A stretch of DNA of 64,000 nucleotides from the NCBI GenBank assembly GCA_001662655.1, contig KV460210.1; one strand, given 5' to 3'. Positions 50,535 through 63,642 of this stretch are shown here, piece after piece. Below the pieces are notes generated by a model, which saw only the letters and a list, made by a program, of their open reading frames with translations, had not been told where the DNA came from and made no database searches. The first letter of the stretch is position 1; the number at the start of each line of letters is the position of its first letter. Origin of the DNA: Pseudogymnoascus verrucosus. Taxonomy: Eukaryota. Position numbers and translations under genes: made by a program.

Positions 50535-53500
50535 TTAAGCAAAATTATCCGACCGGTCCACCCAGATATCTTCCAGTTCGGCAAAATTCTGGAAGTGTAG
50601 GGGTCGATGTTGGTCGTTGTAAAAGGGTAGGGGTGTATCAATTTTCACGTGAACTGGCTTCTTCTCGATTCCGCCGAATGCGCTTCCCATGAAGCTGTAA
50701 TTCCAGGTGTTGTTCTCTGGTACGAGGAAATATCCTCGGATCTTGTCGGATAACAGCAGTTGGCATTTCTCCCCCATGCTCGTACTGAATCCTTGAGGTT
50801 GTTCGCTACCGAGGTCCTTGTTCTCAGCTCCCCATTTGTATCCTTGCGGAGTGAGTGCCCACGACGCGAGAGAAACACTTCCTGGTGTGAAAGAAACCGT
50901 CATAGTGATGGTTTTCTTGTCCCATGAGTTGTGAGAATTCATGAGGCGCGCATGCTGTGTAACATCGGCCGCAGTCATGTATGGGGGCTCATTTCCAGAA
51001 ATAGTGTGGATAATACCGAGCGGCTCCAGCTTCTCCAGGTACTCATGCTGGGGTAACTGATGTGGTAGTTGGACATCGCGAGTATTACCAATCTGAGGAA
51101 CCATAACGATACAGCGAATCTCCTTAACTTGGTCATTATCAGGCGGGGATGATCCATACAGGTACCCAGCAACTTGAACGCGCAGATCCGCAATGGTGAT
51201 GAAGCGCTTCAGTACATTTTTAGGCATGATATAGGTAAAATGATCATCCTCCTTGATGTCATCCGAAGAGATGTAAATGTTGTTCGCACGGGTTCGTAGA
51301 TTAGACGTGGCAATAGCCCTCGTACGCCACTCAGTTTTCGATGCGAAGGTTTGCTGCTCGAACTGGGATGTGGTTGTGACAATGATATCCTCTCCGTGGA
51401 CATTTTGAGTCTTGGTGGTAACGGCAGTAAGCTGTTGCTGCTCCTGTTGCTGCTTCTCGATTTCCGCTGCCTGTTGACGTTGCATGGAAGGAGCACTGAT
51501 CTCCATACCCAAGATAATATCACGGACTTCGCTACTAGTCAAACTGGAGGTGTTGACATTGTTCTTCTTGCCGTAATCATTCAGGATGAGATCTCGGAGT
51601 TGTGTTTCAACCTTGATCCAATCCTCGTCTGACAAGCTTGGCCAGATATGATGCTCCTGAGTGATGACGGTTTTGTCAGGTCTCAGCAGAAGCTTTGTCT
51701 TGTCTGCATTGACGTGGAGCGCACGCAAGATTAAGACGAGACGAGAGAACGCCGTGTAAGACGAGATCGTCTTCAGCCAGTCGTCGTACAGATTGAAAAG
51801 TACCATCTGAGGCTCCGTAGCTCGAAGAATCATGTCGTTGAGCTTTTCCAACTTGATTGCAGATTGGAACGGCAGCTGCAACTCGGAGGCACGGATGGAG
51901 ATATTCGGGAAGTCGAGTAAATGGACCTCTAGAGGATCCAATAGACCCTTTCTGGTCACAATAAGTTGCTTCGGCTGTTCTTCAACTGGGAGCGAGCGGA
52001 TGAGAGCAGCCACTTCTTCGGCAGTTTTCCACTTCGCTAGTTGACCTAAACGCTTCTGTCCTGCCCAAACACTGGTATGGATGATCTTCAAGAAGAGCTG
52101 GCCTGTCCGAGGATTGAAGATAAAGATAGCGCCGTTGATAGGTTTTGTTGTCAAGTTACCCTCGAAAGTCTTGTGAATGGTGACACGGTAAACGTTAGTG
52201 TCGTCAATGAAAAGCTGAATTTGGTTGCTAAACAGCTCAGAGTAATTCTGAGAGTTCAGGAACTCTTGGTTGCTCTCCGAAGCGTAGAGCTGAAGACCCT
52301 TGCGGATACGTTCTCGGAGAACGTACAGGGCCGGGTTAGCCTTCATGATCTTGGCCATAGCTTGCTGAACAAGCGTTTTCAAACCTGGGAAGTATTGCCC
52401 ATAGGCCGAGTATAGATTGTATGCCAAGTCAATACCAATCATGAGACCTGTCGCCGAAGGGTAAATACTCATGCTATCAGTCGTATAGTCCAGGTACTTC
52501 GCACGGGTGTATCGCTCAATGTCATGAGAATCGTAGTCACCATAGCGTAGCTGTACATCGACCCAGAATTTGTTGGTTGTCGTCGGCTCAATAACATCCT
52601 TGGTATCAAATAGAATTGATGGTCTCGTTACGTTCCATTTGTGACTCGCGAACAGGAGGATATCAGCGCAAGAGCTGTTCATCTTGTAAGACTTTCTCGG
52701 ATGAATCGTCTCCTTTTGAACCGTCTCGATTCCCAAAGACTCCAGCTCTTGATCAAATACTTGACAAAGATCCATGACGACGTTCTCGTGGATCTTTTGC
52801 CACAAATGAGCTCTGAAGATTTGGATAAGAGAGATCTTCAAGGTGGGAATCTTTCCGTGCAAGAAAATACCAGTGAGATCCAGCTGTACTTGGAAGCCGA
52901 CGTAGACGTTGGCGCGGTTGATAGTTGGCGACCACCACAATGTAAATCGACGGTTGGGAATTTGGTTCAAACCAGACCGTTGAGCGTTGGTCAGCTTCTT
53001 AAACTTCATCGATTCTTCGAACCCACTGGCTTTCTCCCAGAAAAGGCCTTCCCAAGACGGGAAAGCTGTAGCCTTGAAGAGAGTATGTTCCAAAATAGTT
53101 TCCACGCCGCCAAGCGCCTGGATAACATCTGTTCGGTATGCATTCAGGTTCCACAGTTTACCATCGTGTCTTTGACTGGTCCACCAGAATGGATTACTCT
53201 TCATAAGCTGGTATGTTTTGAATTCTGTGCGAGCACGGAAACCTTTGTCAAAGCTCAGGGTACTCCTATCCTTCTGGAACAGAGTATTGATACGGGGCAA
53301 TCCTCGATCCCAGCTGTCCTCGAGATCCTCCAGTGTTAAGCGTCGGTTTTGCTGGTTGGCTTCAAGGCGCTTCTGGGAGTATTCGGTCCAGACTCGCTGA
53401 GAATCTATGAATTCTGCCTCCCAAGGGATAATATATCGGAAGATATTTGGAATCAAAGTATCCTCATCGTGGGTCATACCAGCACGGTAATGGGTGACAC

Positions 53501-56500
53501 CAGTGTCCGTCTGCTTCGACCAGCGCTTATCACTCGTTGGGATCAGGATATGCGAGCCGGATATCATGCCTAAACCACCTAACTCCTTCGGCGTGTAGAA
53601 TACAGCTGGCGGGAACCTAGAAGGCATCTTAGAGTTCAATCCGATCTTGACTCTCGTCTGAATCTTGGTTTCGCATTTGACAATAGTGTCGAGAAGATTG
53701 ACCGTAGAGACGGCAGCTTCTCGATAGTATGTAAAAAGCGCAATCAGACTGGTGTTCCATTTGTTGGCAATTTTCGTGAACGTTGTCGAACCAGAAGACA
53801 TCAAAATCTGCCGAATGCGATTATTGAACTTGGCAATATCTTCCTCGGTGACCTGCAAGAAAGCATGTGCAGTCCTCTCTTTGCTTGTATTGTCGACCAG
53901 CGACCAAACACTGTCCTTGACTGGGAACTCATCGTTCATGTTTCTGGACTTCGGTAGGATTCGGACCTCAAATCCACACATGGAGAATAGCAAGTTCGGG
54001 TTGTCCCTGCTGTAAACACTTGCGAAAGTGTCGTCCCACTCAATAGTGGTAACTGAGCGTGGCAATCTATTCTTCAAGTCCCAGAACACTGCCCGACCGA
54101 GGTTCACATCGTGCCTCATTAAACGCATGCGAGAATCCCTTGGCCAGCACTTTTTATTGCGATATCCAATGACATTCTCAAAGTTGGGATCAGGCTGCTC
54201 CGTTAAGAAGCGCTGAATAAGGTCTCTCGACTCGTCGGCTGAGAATCGGAAAAACACCCAAATTCGGTCGATATATCTCGTGTAAAGTCTGATAGGATGC
54301 CTGGTCTCGGTCTCTCGATCTCTAAATTGCAAGAAATCGTTGGGGCTTTGAGGGGGGCCAGCAATCTCGCTGGCACGCTGCAGACCCAGCAGGAGCAGAT
54401 CCAATACAAGGCCATAATATTGGAAAACAAATGCCGAAAATTGCAGGCCGCGGATCATACCATAACTGTTAACATGGTTCATGTCCTTGTAGGTCAGTTG
54501 GACGTTGTTCTTTGACGTGATGTAATCTGCTAGATTGTGGTCCATAATCAGGCGGAGAAGTCGGTTGAGAAGCGTCAAGTCAATCTTCTCGTACACTTTA
54601 GACAACTGAGTTTCAATCATTACATCACATTCTCCATTCTCAGTCTCCCAGACTTTATCAAGGTTGTTGATACCTTGCGCCCATTTGTAGGTCAAAAGGG
54701 GTGGGACTTCGGAGTCAGAAGGCTTGATCCAAGCCGGGAACAAATGGCGCTGGTCAGCTTGATACCACAGATATTGGTCAAGGTATGCATCGCTGATTTT
54801 CTCGACCGGCTCAATATCGTAGACTGGGTTTATAGTGCTGTAATTGTCGTTCATATCAATTCCAACTTCCTTAAATGCTCTTTGAGTAAGCAAGAAACGC
54901 TTAATTCTCTCCAGTGTAGTTCCAGGGCTGTCATATGCTTGCTCGATCAACGCAAGCTCTTCGCGCTGGCTCTGGTTCAGCCGACCCTTGACGGAATAAG
55001 CTTCCCGTAAACGTTCGAGGGCAAGGATTAGGATTTTGGTATCATGCTTGTAGGACACACTCGGGAATGGGATAGGAGAGAACTTTCGGGACTCCAGCCA
55101 GTGAACAGTTGTCGTGTAAATGGCGACAGCTTCCTCTGAGGAAACATAAGGTCCATCCTTCATATAGTTGTGCTGCCTCTCTTGTTCTGCCTTAAGCCAA
55201 AGGCGTGTCAACCTACCCAAGTTCTTCTTCGCGACTGTTTTGTCGACCGTTGCGCCTCTGCGAATACGTTCGCGGTTGTAATGTGCCACAGAAATCCACC
55301 AATCTGCTTTGCTTTTAACATAGCGCAGAATAATGTTCTCAATTGGTGCAGGTAGGCCAGGCACCTTCCAGGGAATGTTACTCTTCCAGCATCTCCATGC
55401 CTCGGACAAATGCTGCAAAACGGTGTTGACCTTGTTTTGCTTAATTCCCTCCGGCATCATGTCCATTAGATCCGCCATAACTGATGCACGAAGTTCGAGA
55501 TCAAAGTGAGACTCTACACGTTGCTTTGTGACGGTCTTGGCAACTCCCTTGCTGTGCCTCCCTTCGAATTGACGAGAAAGCAAATTCCCAAGCCACCTTT
55601 CCAGGAGTGGGATAATACCACGCATGAAAAAGAGCCATACTCTCCACGCAGGCGCCCAGAAACCACAGCCAGGACCTTTGCCAACTGGGCCAGAGTTAAA
55701 TCGGTAGTAAATGAGATGCTTTAAATCCTTGCAAGAACGGATTTGATGCATGAGCTTGTACTTATATCGGTACATGCCGGTCAACTGGCCCACGTGGTTG
55801 AAAGCATACAGAATTCCATCTGCCAGTTGGAATGCATCGATGTTTCCCAGTCGATATTGGACTTGGGCATCAACAATGAGCTTGGTGAGTCTCAAAATTT
55901 CTCTCATCAAGTGGAAAGCATTTCCGAAGCGCGACTTCTTTCGCTCCTTGGTGGTCAGCGTCTTGACGGGCTTCAAATTAAAATTGTAATCGAGATGAAG
56001 GTACGTAAGGTTCTTTCTGTGTATCAGGAGATTCAGCATGTTGAAGCCTTGGCGACAAACTTGAAGACCTGCTTCGACCCAGTCGATTGTGGTCTGTTGA
56101 AAGAATTTGGTCTGCTTTAGCGATTTCATAAGATTTTGCTTGTTTTGGGCTTTGGGCTTCTTCTTGTGTAGTTCGTTCAAAACGTAGGTCTTCAGTAGCT
56201 TCTGGTATGAAACACGGACCTTAACCGGCTGGCCTTGGGGACAATGCTCAAGGTACCACTGCTTGACAAGGGGCACATCTTGTGCCCGAACCATTCGGCC
56301 TGACCTTCTATCAAAGGGATAGGGGGCCCACCAGAGCGCAATCGCCGATGCTGTCTCACTAGTATACAGCTCCTCATCCGCAAAAAACGGCTCAGCTTCT
56401 TGCGGAAGTACGAATGCGTCCTCCTCCGGTTCCTCATTATTGCCATATCCAAATAGCTCGTCCTCGTGGCTAACCGTGATGTTCTTCGGCGCCACTGATC

Positions 56501-57626
56501 TAGACGAGATTGGATTGATAACGGGGTCGAAATAAAATGCTGGCAAACTCGGATCTTCTGCCCGCACATATACAATTTGTGGGTATGAGTAGTTGCTTAT
56601 ATGAACGCTTCGTGGTAATGAATTGTACAGGAAGGGAAACTCGACGCGGTATTCAGTGCGGATAGGTGCCCGGAATATGATTCGGTCAATGGCATTGAAC
56701 TCTCCAAAATCTTCGTCATTTGGATCGACATCCTTGTACAGAGGCTCGAATCTTGGGCCACCTGGAATGGCGACATTGAGAGCCTTTGCGGTGAGGAAAG
56801 ACTTCAGTTCGAACATGTGAAAGTAGTTCTTGTCAACCAAATCACTCAAGAGTTGGTGGCTTAATCGGTACAATGTTGCCATTTGGGGTAACGTCAAATT
56901 CCACTCCTTGTAGCTTGGGCCGTTGACATGAGGTGTGTCAAGTAACGGACGATTCTCGTAAAACCATTCGTAAACAGCTGCATCTTCGTTTTCGTCCAAC
57001 TCCATCTGGATAGGCTCCAACGGCTCAACGTCCTCGATATTCTCAGACCAGGAGAGAGGCGGCTCCTCATCGTCGAAGGGCGGAAATCGCATTCTCTTAA
57101 AGTGGCGTCGATCGCTCTTCTCCCTTCTCATAACAACCCACATCGATGCCCATTGCGCATGGAATACGGGTTCGATAACTCGTGGTATCTCGTTCACAAG
57201 AGTCAAACAGCCGTTGACGTGGTATAGAACCTTGACTTCTCGTGCGGACTCCCAAGGCATCGGCATGTTCTCCAACAACTTCATAACTGCATGCGGCATA
57301 TATTTCAATGCCCCCAGATAGCTACGCTTGTCGCTGCTGAATTTCTTTTGCGAAACATCTCCTATGTCCTTGACGATCTTTCGTAAATGTTCGGGCGGCA
57401 TATCGGCCTTTTGCGTCTCTACGAAGCCGCCTTTGCGCTTCTCCCCGAATCGGTTCTTTTGTGACCGTACCCAATCTTTCTTCTTTTGCGCAAATTTGGC
57501 GACATGGGGATCTTGAGGTGGTCGGTATCCTGGGGGGGGAGGTGCGCCAGGTGGTGCGCCCAAAGGCTGAGCTGGCTGAGCAGATGAGCTCCATCCGGGC
57601 GGTGGGGGGGGAGGTATAGACGACAT
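50535..57626 (-). CDS. prp8: Pre-mRNA splicing factor Prp8 (intronless, intein-free)
   Basis: 2363-aa single ORF with [62 protein letters not shown] and a C-terminal MPN region. Confidence 0.99.
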   Translation of the reverse strand: MSSIPPPPPPGWSSSAQPAQPLGAPPGAPPPPGYRPPQDPHVAKFAQKKKDWVRSQKNRFGEKRKGGFVETQKADMPPEHLRKIVKDIGDVSQKKFSSDKRSYLGALKYMPHAVMKLLENMPMPWESAREVKVLYHVNGCLTLVNEIPRVIEPVFHAQWASMWVVMRREKSDRRHFKRMRFPPFDDEEPPLSWSENIEDVEPLEPIQMELDENEDAAVYEWFYENRPLLDTPHVNGPSYKEWNLTLPQMATLYRLSHQLLSDLVDKNYFHMFELKSFLTAKALNVAIPGGPRFEPLYKDVDPNDEDFGEFNAIDRIIFRAPIRTEYRVEFPFLYNSLPRSVHISNYSYPQIVYVRAEDPSLPAFYFDPVINPISSRSVAPKNITVSHEDELFGYGNNEEPEEDAFVLPQEAEPFFADEELYTSETASAIALWWAPYPFDRRSGRMVRAQDVPLVKQWYLEHCPQGQPVKVRVSYQKLLKTYVLNELHKKKPKAQNKQNLMKSLKQTKFFQQTTIDWVEAGLQVCRQGFNMLNLLIHRKNLTYLHLDYNFNLKPVKTLTTKERKKSRFGNAFHLMREILRLTKLIVDAQVQYRLGNIDAFQLADGILYAFNHVGQLTGMYRYKYKLMHQIRSCKDLKHLIYYRFNSGPVGKGPGCGFWAPAWRVWLFFMRGIIPLLERWLGNLLSRQFEGRHSKGVAKTVTKQRVESHFDLELRASVMADLMDMMPEGIKQNKVNTVLQHLSEAWRCWKSNIPWKVPGLPAPIENIILRYVKSKADWWISVAHYNRERIRRGATVDKTVAKKNLGRLTRLWLKAEQERQHNYMKDGPYVSSEEAVAIYTTTVHWLESRKFSPIPFPSVSYKHDTKILILALERLREAYSVKGRLNQSQREELALIEQAYDSPGTTLERIKRFLLTQRAFKEVGIDMNDNYSTINPVYDIEPVEKISDAYLDQYLWYQADQRHLFPAWIKPSDSEVPPLLTYKWAQGINNLDKVWETENGECDVMIETQLSKVYEKIDLTLLNRLLRLIMDHNLADYITSKNNVQLTYKDMNHVNSYGMIRGLQFSAFVFQYYGLVLDLLLLGLQRASEIAGPPQSPNDFLQFRDRETETRHPIRLYTRYIDRIWVFFRFSADESRDLIQRFLTEQPDPNFENVIGYRNKKCWPRDSRMRLMRHDVNLGRAVFWDLKNRLPRSVTTIEWDDTFASVYSRDNPNLLFSMCGFEVRILPKSRNMNDEFPVKDSVWSLVDNTSKERTAHAFLQVTEEDIAKFNNRIRQILMSSGSTTFTKIANKWNTSLIALFTYYREAAVSTVNLLDTIVKCETKIQTRVKIGLNSKMPSRFPPAVFYTPKELGGLGMISGSHILIPTSDKRWSKQTDTGVTHYRAGMTHDEDTLIPNIFRYIIPWEAEFIDSQRVWTEYSQKRLEANQQNRRLTLEDLEDSWDRGLPRINTLFQKDRSTLSFDKGFRARTEFKTYQLMKSNPFWWTSQRHDGKLWNLNAYRTDVIQALGGVETILEHTLFKATAFPSWEGLFWEKASGFEESMKFKKLTNAQRSGLNQIPNRRFTLWWSPTINRANVYVGFQVQLDLTGIFLHGKIPTLKISLIQIFRAHLWQKIHENVVMDLCQVFDQELESLGIETVQKETIHPRKSYKMNSSCADILLFASHKWNVTRPSILFDTKDVIEPTTTNKFWVDVQLRYGDYDSHDIERYTRAKYLDYTTDSMSIYPSATGLMIGIDLAYNLYSAYGQYFPGLKTLVQQAMAKIMKANPALYVLRERIRKGLQLYASESNQEFLNSQNYSELFSNQIQLFIDDTNVYRVTIHKTFEGNLTTKPINGAIFIFNPRTGQLFLKIIHTSVWAGQKRLGQLAKWKTAEEVAALIRSLPVEEQPKQLIVTRKGLLDPLEVHLLDFPNISIRASELQLPFQSAIKLEKLNDMILRATEPQMVLFNLYDDWLKTISSYTAFSRLVLILRALHVNADKTKLLLRPDKTVITQEHHIWPSLSDEDWIKVETQLRDLILNDYGKKNNVNTSSLTSSEVRDIILGMEISAPSMQRQQAAEIEKQQQEQQQLTAVTTKTQNVHGEDIIVTTTSQFEQQTFASKTEWRTRAIATSNLRTRANNIYISSDDIKEDDHFTYIMPKNVLKRFITIADLRVQVAGYLYGSSPPDNDQVKEIRCIVMVPQIGNTRDVQLPHQLPQHEYLEKLEPLGIIHTISGNEPPYMTAADVTQHARLMNSHNSWDKKTITMTVSFTPGSVSLASWALTPQGYKWGAENKDLGSEQPQGFSTSMGEKCQLLLSDKIRGYFLVPENNTWNYSFMGSAFGGIEKKPVHVKIDTPLPFYNDQHRPLHFQNFAELEDIWVDRSDNFA

Positions 57627-58131
57627 CGTGAAATCGGATCTATAATGACTGTATGTGGTGGAGTCGTTGAAGTCGTGGATGCCGTTGATCAGTCGATTAC
57701 TTCCAGGTTGCAGTATCCATGCGTTTACTGCACCCCTCGAGACGCGCCGAACGCGACGGCAAATGAAAGAAAAGCGCGATCACAGAATGCGCAAAGGAAA
57801 ACAATTATGCGACAGATTTCGAGTATCTTTTTGTTCTCGCTCCGATGCAAATTGGAGGAGTTAAACAGGAGCTGTCGATAGCTTTGCCTCGTCGACTCTT
57901 GTCAGGTCAACATCATTATTTTTCCGAGCCACGGTATAATTGACGCTAGTATAATTTAGGAACGACATCATGTGACCATGCGCGGGTTCCATTCATCGCA
58001 CTAATAAAATTAAGCGAACTCTTAGCCCGCACAACCCCAAATTTACCAGAGTGAGAGAAATCTTGAGATCTCTAATCGTCGACAACACCAAACGCACGAC
58101 TTCCCGACAATCGAGACATCACGAAGTCACA

Positions 58132-58980
58132 ATGCCGTCCAACAGATTGACATACGTACGTTGCCCGTCATTTCGCCATATTTCGAGTTCAAAATACTAA
58201 CAATTGCTTCCTACAGAGACGGAGGAACCCGTAAGCACACCCGAACCCATACCATCGTCGCGCTGTCGCCATACGATACGACAACGATGGGCGCGAAGAA
58301 TGCGGCATATGGGCATTTGCTGATACTTCAATAACAGGTACAACACGACCTCCAACAAGGTCCGCGTTATCAGGACTCCAGGTGGCAAGCTCCGTTACCT
58401 CCACCTCAAGAAGAAGGGTACCGCACCCAAGTGCGGTGACTGCGGCATCAAGCTCCCAGGTGTAAGTAAACCATCTCAATATTTGTCTTCCTGGAACCGG
58501 TCCAGGGTCGAAATGGGTGGATAAGAAAACTTGGAGGGGCTTTGAGGGGGAAGGGTGGTGGGGTGCAAAATACTCGGAATCAGAAAACAACTCGACGGAC
58601 AGACACTCGTGCCATCGCAGCGCACAACCAGGCAGACTATCACCAACGTTGGAAATGCGCAATAAACCTTTCGAAGAGTGGAATATGAACAGGGAGGGAA
58701 TTGGCGATACCAGTTTCCACTCGCATTGTGGCACAACATTCGGACCTGGAAAACAAATGCAAGGCTTGCACTGAACAGTAACTGACATTTTGTCTCACAG
58801 GTCCCAGCTCTCCGCCCTCGCGAGTATGCTCAAATCTCCCGCCCAAAGAAGACCGTCCAGCGTGCATATGGTGGATCGCGCTGCGCCAACTGCGTCCGTG
58901 ACCGCATCGTCCGTGCTTTCCTGATTGAGGAGCAGAAGATTGTCAAGAAGGTCCTTAAGGAGTCCCAGAAGGCTCGTTAA
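58132..58980 (+). CDS. rpl34: 60S ribosomal protein eL34
   Basis: Exons 58132-58155, 58217-58230, 58338-58461 and 58801-58980 give [31 protein letters not shown]...[21 protein letters not shown]...[29 protein letters not shown]. Confidence 0.96.
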
Positions 58981-59421
58981 GTGTGTGGATTGGGCTGTCT
59001 TTGTTATGGGGTGCAATATCTGGGCAGGGCGACATGAATCAGCATGGGGTTGCTGTATTTAGCACAAAGCTTTCTTCGTTCCTAATTCAGAAGAATTCAC
59101 GACCATGACACTTTACGCCAAAGATTATGTTCCATTTGTGATTTAGACTTTGTCATGTGCGGAGTGTCTGGGCTGTATTCCTTGGGAAATCTTGGCGCGT
59201 GATGTGTAGTAGTACAGGACCAGTCAGACATTGTAGAGCGTGACGCCCAGTTGTAAAATACCAGTCAGGCACATTAGATCCCCTAAGCGATACCGATAAC
59301 AGATGGACCTGCACCGTAAAACCAACGACCATCTTCCCTATTCGAGTATTGCAAGCTCCGTCGAGCGAATTTGTCGGCTACGACCGCACTATTTCATTCA
59401 TTACTGTGTTCTCCGGGCGCA

Positions 59422-61220
59422 ATGTCGTCCTCGAATAAACCATTACTTGCACCAGATCGACCATCCTCGGAGCATTCGTTTGAGATGTCGGCATCCGAAG
59501 AGGATACACTGCTGACCGGCACTCGTGCCCGAGAAGCTTCACCTCAACGCCGTTCTCCCTTCTGGAGAGAAGTTGGCTTATTCATATGGGCAGTTGTAGC
59601 TACAGCTGCCGTCATAATTCTCGGGGTCCTTACCCAGCACCGACGAGAGACAACTCCTGGCGATGTCGGGAACAAACCAAGTGGGAAGCGCAACCTCGTC
59701 TTCATGGTTTCCGACGGCATGGGACCTGCAAGTCTTTCCCTGACACGAAGCTTTAGGCAATACGAAGGGAAACTGGCTATCGATGATATCTTACAACTGG
59801 ACCAGCATCTCATAGGGCAGTCACGCACCAGGTCCAGCAGCAGCTTGGTTACAGACTCGGCAGCCGGCGCAACAGCATTCTCCTGCGGACTCAAGAGCTA
59901 CAATGGAGCCATTTCAGTTCTACCAGACCACACAGCGTGTGGAACCGTGTTAGAGGCAGCAAAGAAGGCGGGATACCTGACGGGACTAGTGGTTACGACA
60001 GACCTCACGGATGCGACACCTGCGTGCTTCGCTTCCCATGTGAACTTGCGTTCAGAGGGGGACAGCATTGCCGCACAAGAAGTCGGAGAACACCCGCTTG
60101 GCAGAGTTGTGGACTTGATGCTCGGCGGTGGCCGCTGTCACTTCCTGCCCAACACGACAGAGGGGAGCTGCAGAAAAGACACCAGAGACATCACCAAGCT
60201 CGCTCAAGAGAAATACGGATGGAACTACATCAATGATAGGGCAGGATTTGATAAGCTGAAGCTCGGAAAGGACGTGAAGCTGCCGCTGCTAGGGCTGTTT
60301 GCTGGGTCTGACATTCCTTATGAAATCGATCGTCGCAATCAGAACGATATCTACCCATCATTGGATGAAATGGCTAGAACCGCTCTCACTGCCCTGGAGG
60401 CAGCCACCAAGGACAGCGATAAGGGATTCTTTCTCTTGATCGAGGGAAGCCGTATTGATCATGCTGGTCACGGTAACGACCCAGCAGCACAGGTCCACGA
60501 GGTTCTTGCCTATGACAAGGCCTTTGGTAGCGTCCTGAAATTCCTCGCCGAGAGCAAGGATGAAGGAGTTGTTGTCGGTACTAGCGATCACGAAACCGGC
60601 GGCTTGTCCATCGCAAGGCGTAAGTCAATCCTACGATTTCCACTAAGCATACCTAACGTCTCGCAGAAAACAACCCAACCTACCCGGAATACCTCTGGTA
60701 CCCAGAGGTGCTCTCCAAGGCCACCCACTCTGCTGAGCATCTCGGTTTTGAACTCTTCGATCGCGCTGAGGCAGCTAAGTCTACATCGGAGGATATCGAG
60801 AAATTTGTTCGCAACACCCTTGTGAAAGACGGCCTTGGTATTACTGATGCTAAAGACGATGAAATCCGTGCCATTTTAGATAACCCACTAGTGGCCTCTC
60901 CTCTCTTCGCCAACATGATCAGCAAGCGGGCGCAGATCGGCTGGAGCACTCACGGCCACTCCGGCGTGGATGTGAATATTTATGGGTCGAAGGGCTCTGA
61001 GAAGCTAATCGGCAACCATGAAAACACCGATGTCGGGAAGTTCCTGAGGGAGTATTTGGACGTCGATGTTGAGGCTATTACAAAGGAGCTGAACAAGAAG
61101 TCCAGCGCGTTCGGGGTAGCGAGCGTAGGAGAGGGGTGGACTGGGCCTATTCCCACTGAGGAAGAGATGTTAAAGGCAGCTGATCATTACGATGCTTCTC
61201 TGAACCATCGCAGACATTGA
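59422..61220 (+). CDS. pho8: Vacuolar/repressible alkaline phosphatase (type II membrane protein)
   Basis: TM segment, FMVSDGMG, VTDSAAGATA (catalytic Ser), TDATPA, EGSRIDHAGH, SDHETGG, THGHSGVDV. Intron 60620-60666. Confidence 0.95.
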
Positions 61221-62188
61221 GGCTTAGTCCACAATATAAGGCGAGTCCATTATTGTCATTTCAACACTTTTGTTTAGCCTTGTGCTTGTCATGAATACCT
61301 ACGGGGTTATCATTTCAGAGTTCAACGGTCGTTTATGTAACAATATACCCATGAATTTTATCTCTCTGTATTCTGCTCACTGACCCGTATCTTACTTACG
61401 CAGCGCAATCTACGTTCAGTCGTCAATAACACCAAATTTTATTACAACTGAGCCCGGGCACGTGATTACAATAGGTGCAAGAGGCAACAAACTTCTCACA
61501 AACCATCCCAGAGTTTCACGAACCCGTAACTCATTGTGGATCGGGTAGTCGTTTGATTCCACGTCTCTATAACTAATTTTCTGGGACACAAACGCGTCTT
61601 TTTTCCGCTTTTGTCCGCTATACAACCCCAATGTTCCGGTAACCTTATTCTCGTCCCCCGGTTTGCCTCCGCATGTCAGCCTTAGTATCAAACAACCTCA
61701 AAGCACCATACAAGTGTATGACTACGCCATGGCAATCGCCACCAGAAGGTTGCCTGGTGGGTACTAGCAAGAGGTTTGGGCGGGGAGGCGAAACGATTTT
61801 GGAGAGATATGGAACGCAAAAGTGATTCCAGACAGGAAATGATTGTGGAAGGAGTCATATTGTATACTTTTTGCTATGAGGCATATGGAAGTAAGTCAGG
61901 CTTGGGATCCAGATGACACGCGGCTCTTGGTGAGATGCCATATGAATCGAGGCTTTGCTGCTGCTGGTCTGACCTGGGTTTTGGAAGTGCGCCCTACCTC
62001 CAAGACCAAAGCACGATTAAAGCTTGGAAATAAATCTTGGATATAGCTCTGGATGCTTGCAAGATCTGCCCTAGAAAGTGCAATTTCATACTGAGTTCGT
62101 CTATACTCTCTGCTGGGAACTGGGTCCAGGTTGATATCAAGGACGCCCATACATCTTCAGCACACAGAACACCCAAACACAGCTGACA

Positions 62189-62506
62189 ATGTGCAACTAT
62201 CACCTACTGCATTACCTTTGCGGCCACACCTCTCTCTGGGCCGGCAGCAACTGCTACGACCTCTACACACAGCTCCAGCGCATCAACGACCCGCTCTACT
62301 ACACCTCGCCGTACGCCCACCAGGTCCCATTCGAGATGCTGAGGCAGTGCTTGCCGAGTAGGAATAATATCAGACAGCAGAGAGTTGGAGAGTGCTGTGG
62401 GTTGGTCGAGTGTTCGAATGATATGGGGTCTCTGTATGCGAGGAGATATGGATGCGGGACGGAGGATGCGGCTTGGGGGAAGAGGATTGGCGTTGGGTGG
62501 AGATAG
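62189..62506 (+). CDS. Small Cys-rich hypothetical protein (MCxY...CGH type)
   Basis: ATG in ACAATG context; 105-aa ORF MCNYHLLHYLCGH...C...C...CCGLVEC, a pattern seen in small fungal proteins of unknown function. Confidence 0.6.
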   Translation: MCNYHLLHYLCGHTSLWAGSNCYDLYTQLQRINDPLYYTSPYAHQVPFEMLRQCLPSRNNIRQQRVGECCGLVECSNDMGSLYARRYGCGTEDAAWGKRIGVGWR

Positions 62507-62844
62507 GGGGAGGTTTTGTTATTCGAGTTGGAATGCCAGAGCTGGTAGAAATTGGGGGCTCTCTTGTGGGCTCGGAAGGTGTGAAAATGGTTGGGTGTGG
62601 CATCTGTATTCGTTATTGAAGATTTTCAAGCAGCTCATATTTATGGAGGCTTATTGACGGAGGAGTAGTATTTTCTCGCAGCCTTCTCCCTTGGCCCATG
62701 ACAATACAATGACTTTGAAGGGTGATATATTCGATGATATATTCAAGGTTTAATAAATTTTACACGTTATCCCATATATTCCCCAGCGGAGACGTTAACG
62801 GGCGGTCTCCTCTTGTTCGCATATCTTACAGTCGGACTCTCCAT

Positions 62845-63642
62845 TCAACGCTTCGCAGCTGTCGCCTTTCCAGACACAACACCAACACCATCTCTCCACC
62901 CCAACGGCACTAAAGCGGCTGCCACACTACCCAGGCCCCTTTCAGTTGCCAGCAGGTTATACTGTGCAGCCGCATTCCTCGTGTCTTGTATCTCAACCTG
63001 GATTCCAAGTGAATTAATCGCCTTCCTCGTCGCCGGACTCAGCGGCATCATATTCGGTCCCAATCCTAGAATCAACAGATCTATGGCATGTCAGTCTCCC
63101 ATTATAGCTCTCAACACAAGTTTCGGTAACATACCAGGTTTCGGCCACACCATTCCCAGAACTCCCCAACTCTCGTCCCCAACCTCCCACAGCCCTTTAT
63201 CGTTCGCCAGTCTCTTATTCTCCTCTCCTTCCGCCCTATTCGCATTCCACGGCTTCCATGAAAACACCTCCCCATTCACCAGAAGTACACCAGCCCCATT
63301 CGTAATCTTCACTCCGTTATTAAGGTGGAACCCGTCCCAGAGACACGCGTCGATCGCGGTACTGGGCACGGGTGTGCCGCCGAGGACGTCAAGGTTGGAG
63401 AAGTCAGTCTGTGTGCTCTCTTCACTAACTGGGCCGCGGTCGCGGGATGGCGGTTTGTGCATTGAGACTAGTGTAGTAGATAGAGAGCGCGAAGGCGACG
63501 ATAGTGCTCGTGGGGTAAGGAGGGAGGTCGCGGGGCGGCGGGTAGAGTAACAGCGGGAGCTGGGAGAGAGGATCGAGCGGGCGATTTCATGGATGCTAGG
63601 ACGCGCAGAGGCGCGTTGAAGATGTCGGAGAGGCTGCATCAT
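62845..63642 (-). CDS. Mth938-domain complex I assembly factor (NDUFAF3-like)
   Basis: Arg/Ser-rich mitochondrial presequence; GFHLNNG; WPKP|DLLILGLG...IQDTRNAAAQYNLLATERG via intron 63081-63134. Confidence 0.88.

Noticed and set aside
50645..57594. Numerous antisense and alternative-frame ORFs over PRP8 and other genes
   Set aside because: They are shadow ORFs expected from codon bias, with no recognisable protein motifs.
30534..57626. TERT, SmD3 and PRP8 as a functional telomerase/spliceosome cluster
   Set aside because: They are separated by unrelated genes over 27 kb with no shared motif visible; chance proximity in a gene-dense region is sufficient.
61416..62100. Minus-strand ORF fragments downstream of pho8 as a gene remnant
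   Set aside because: No recognisable motif and no confident start or splice path.
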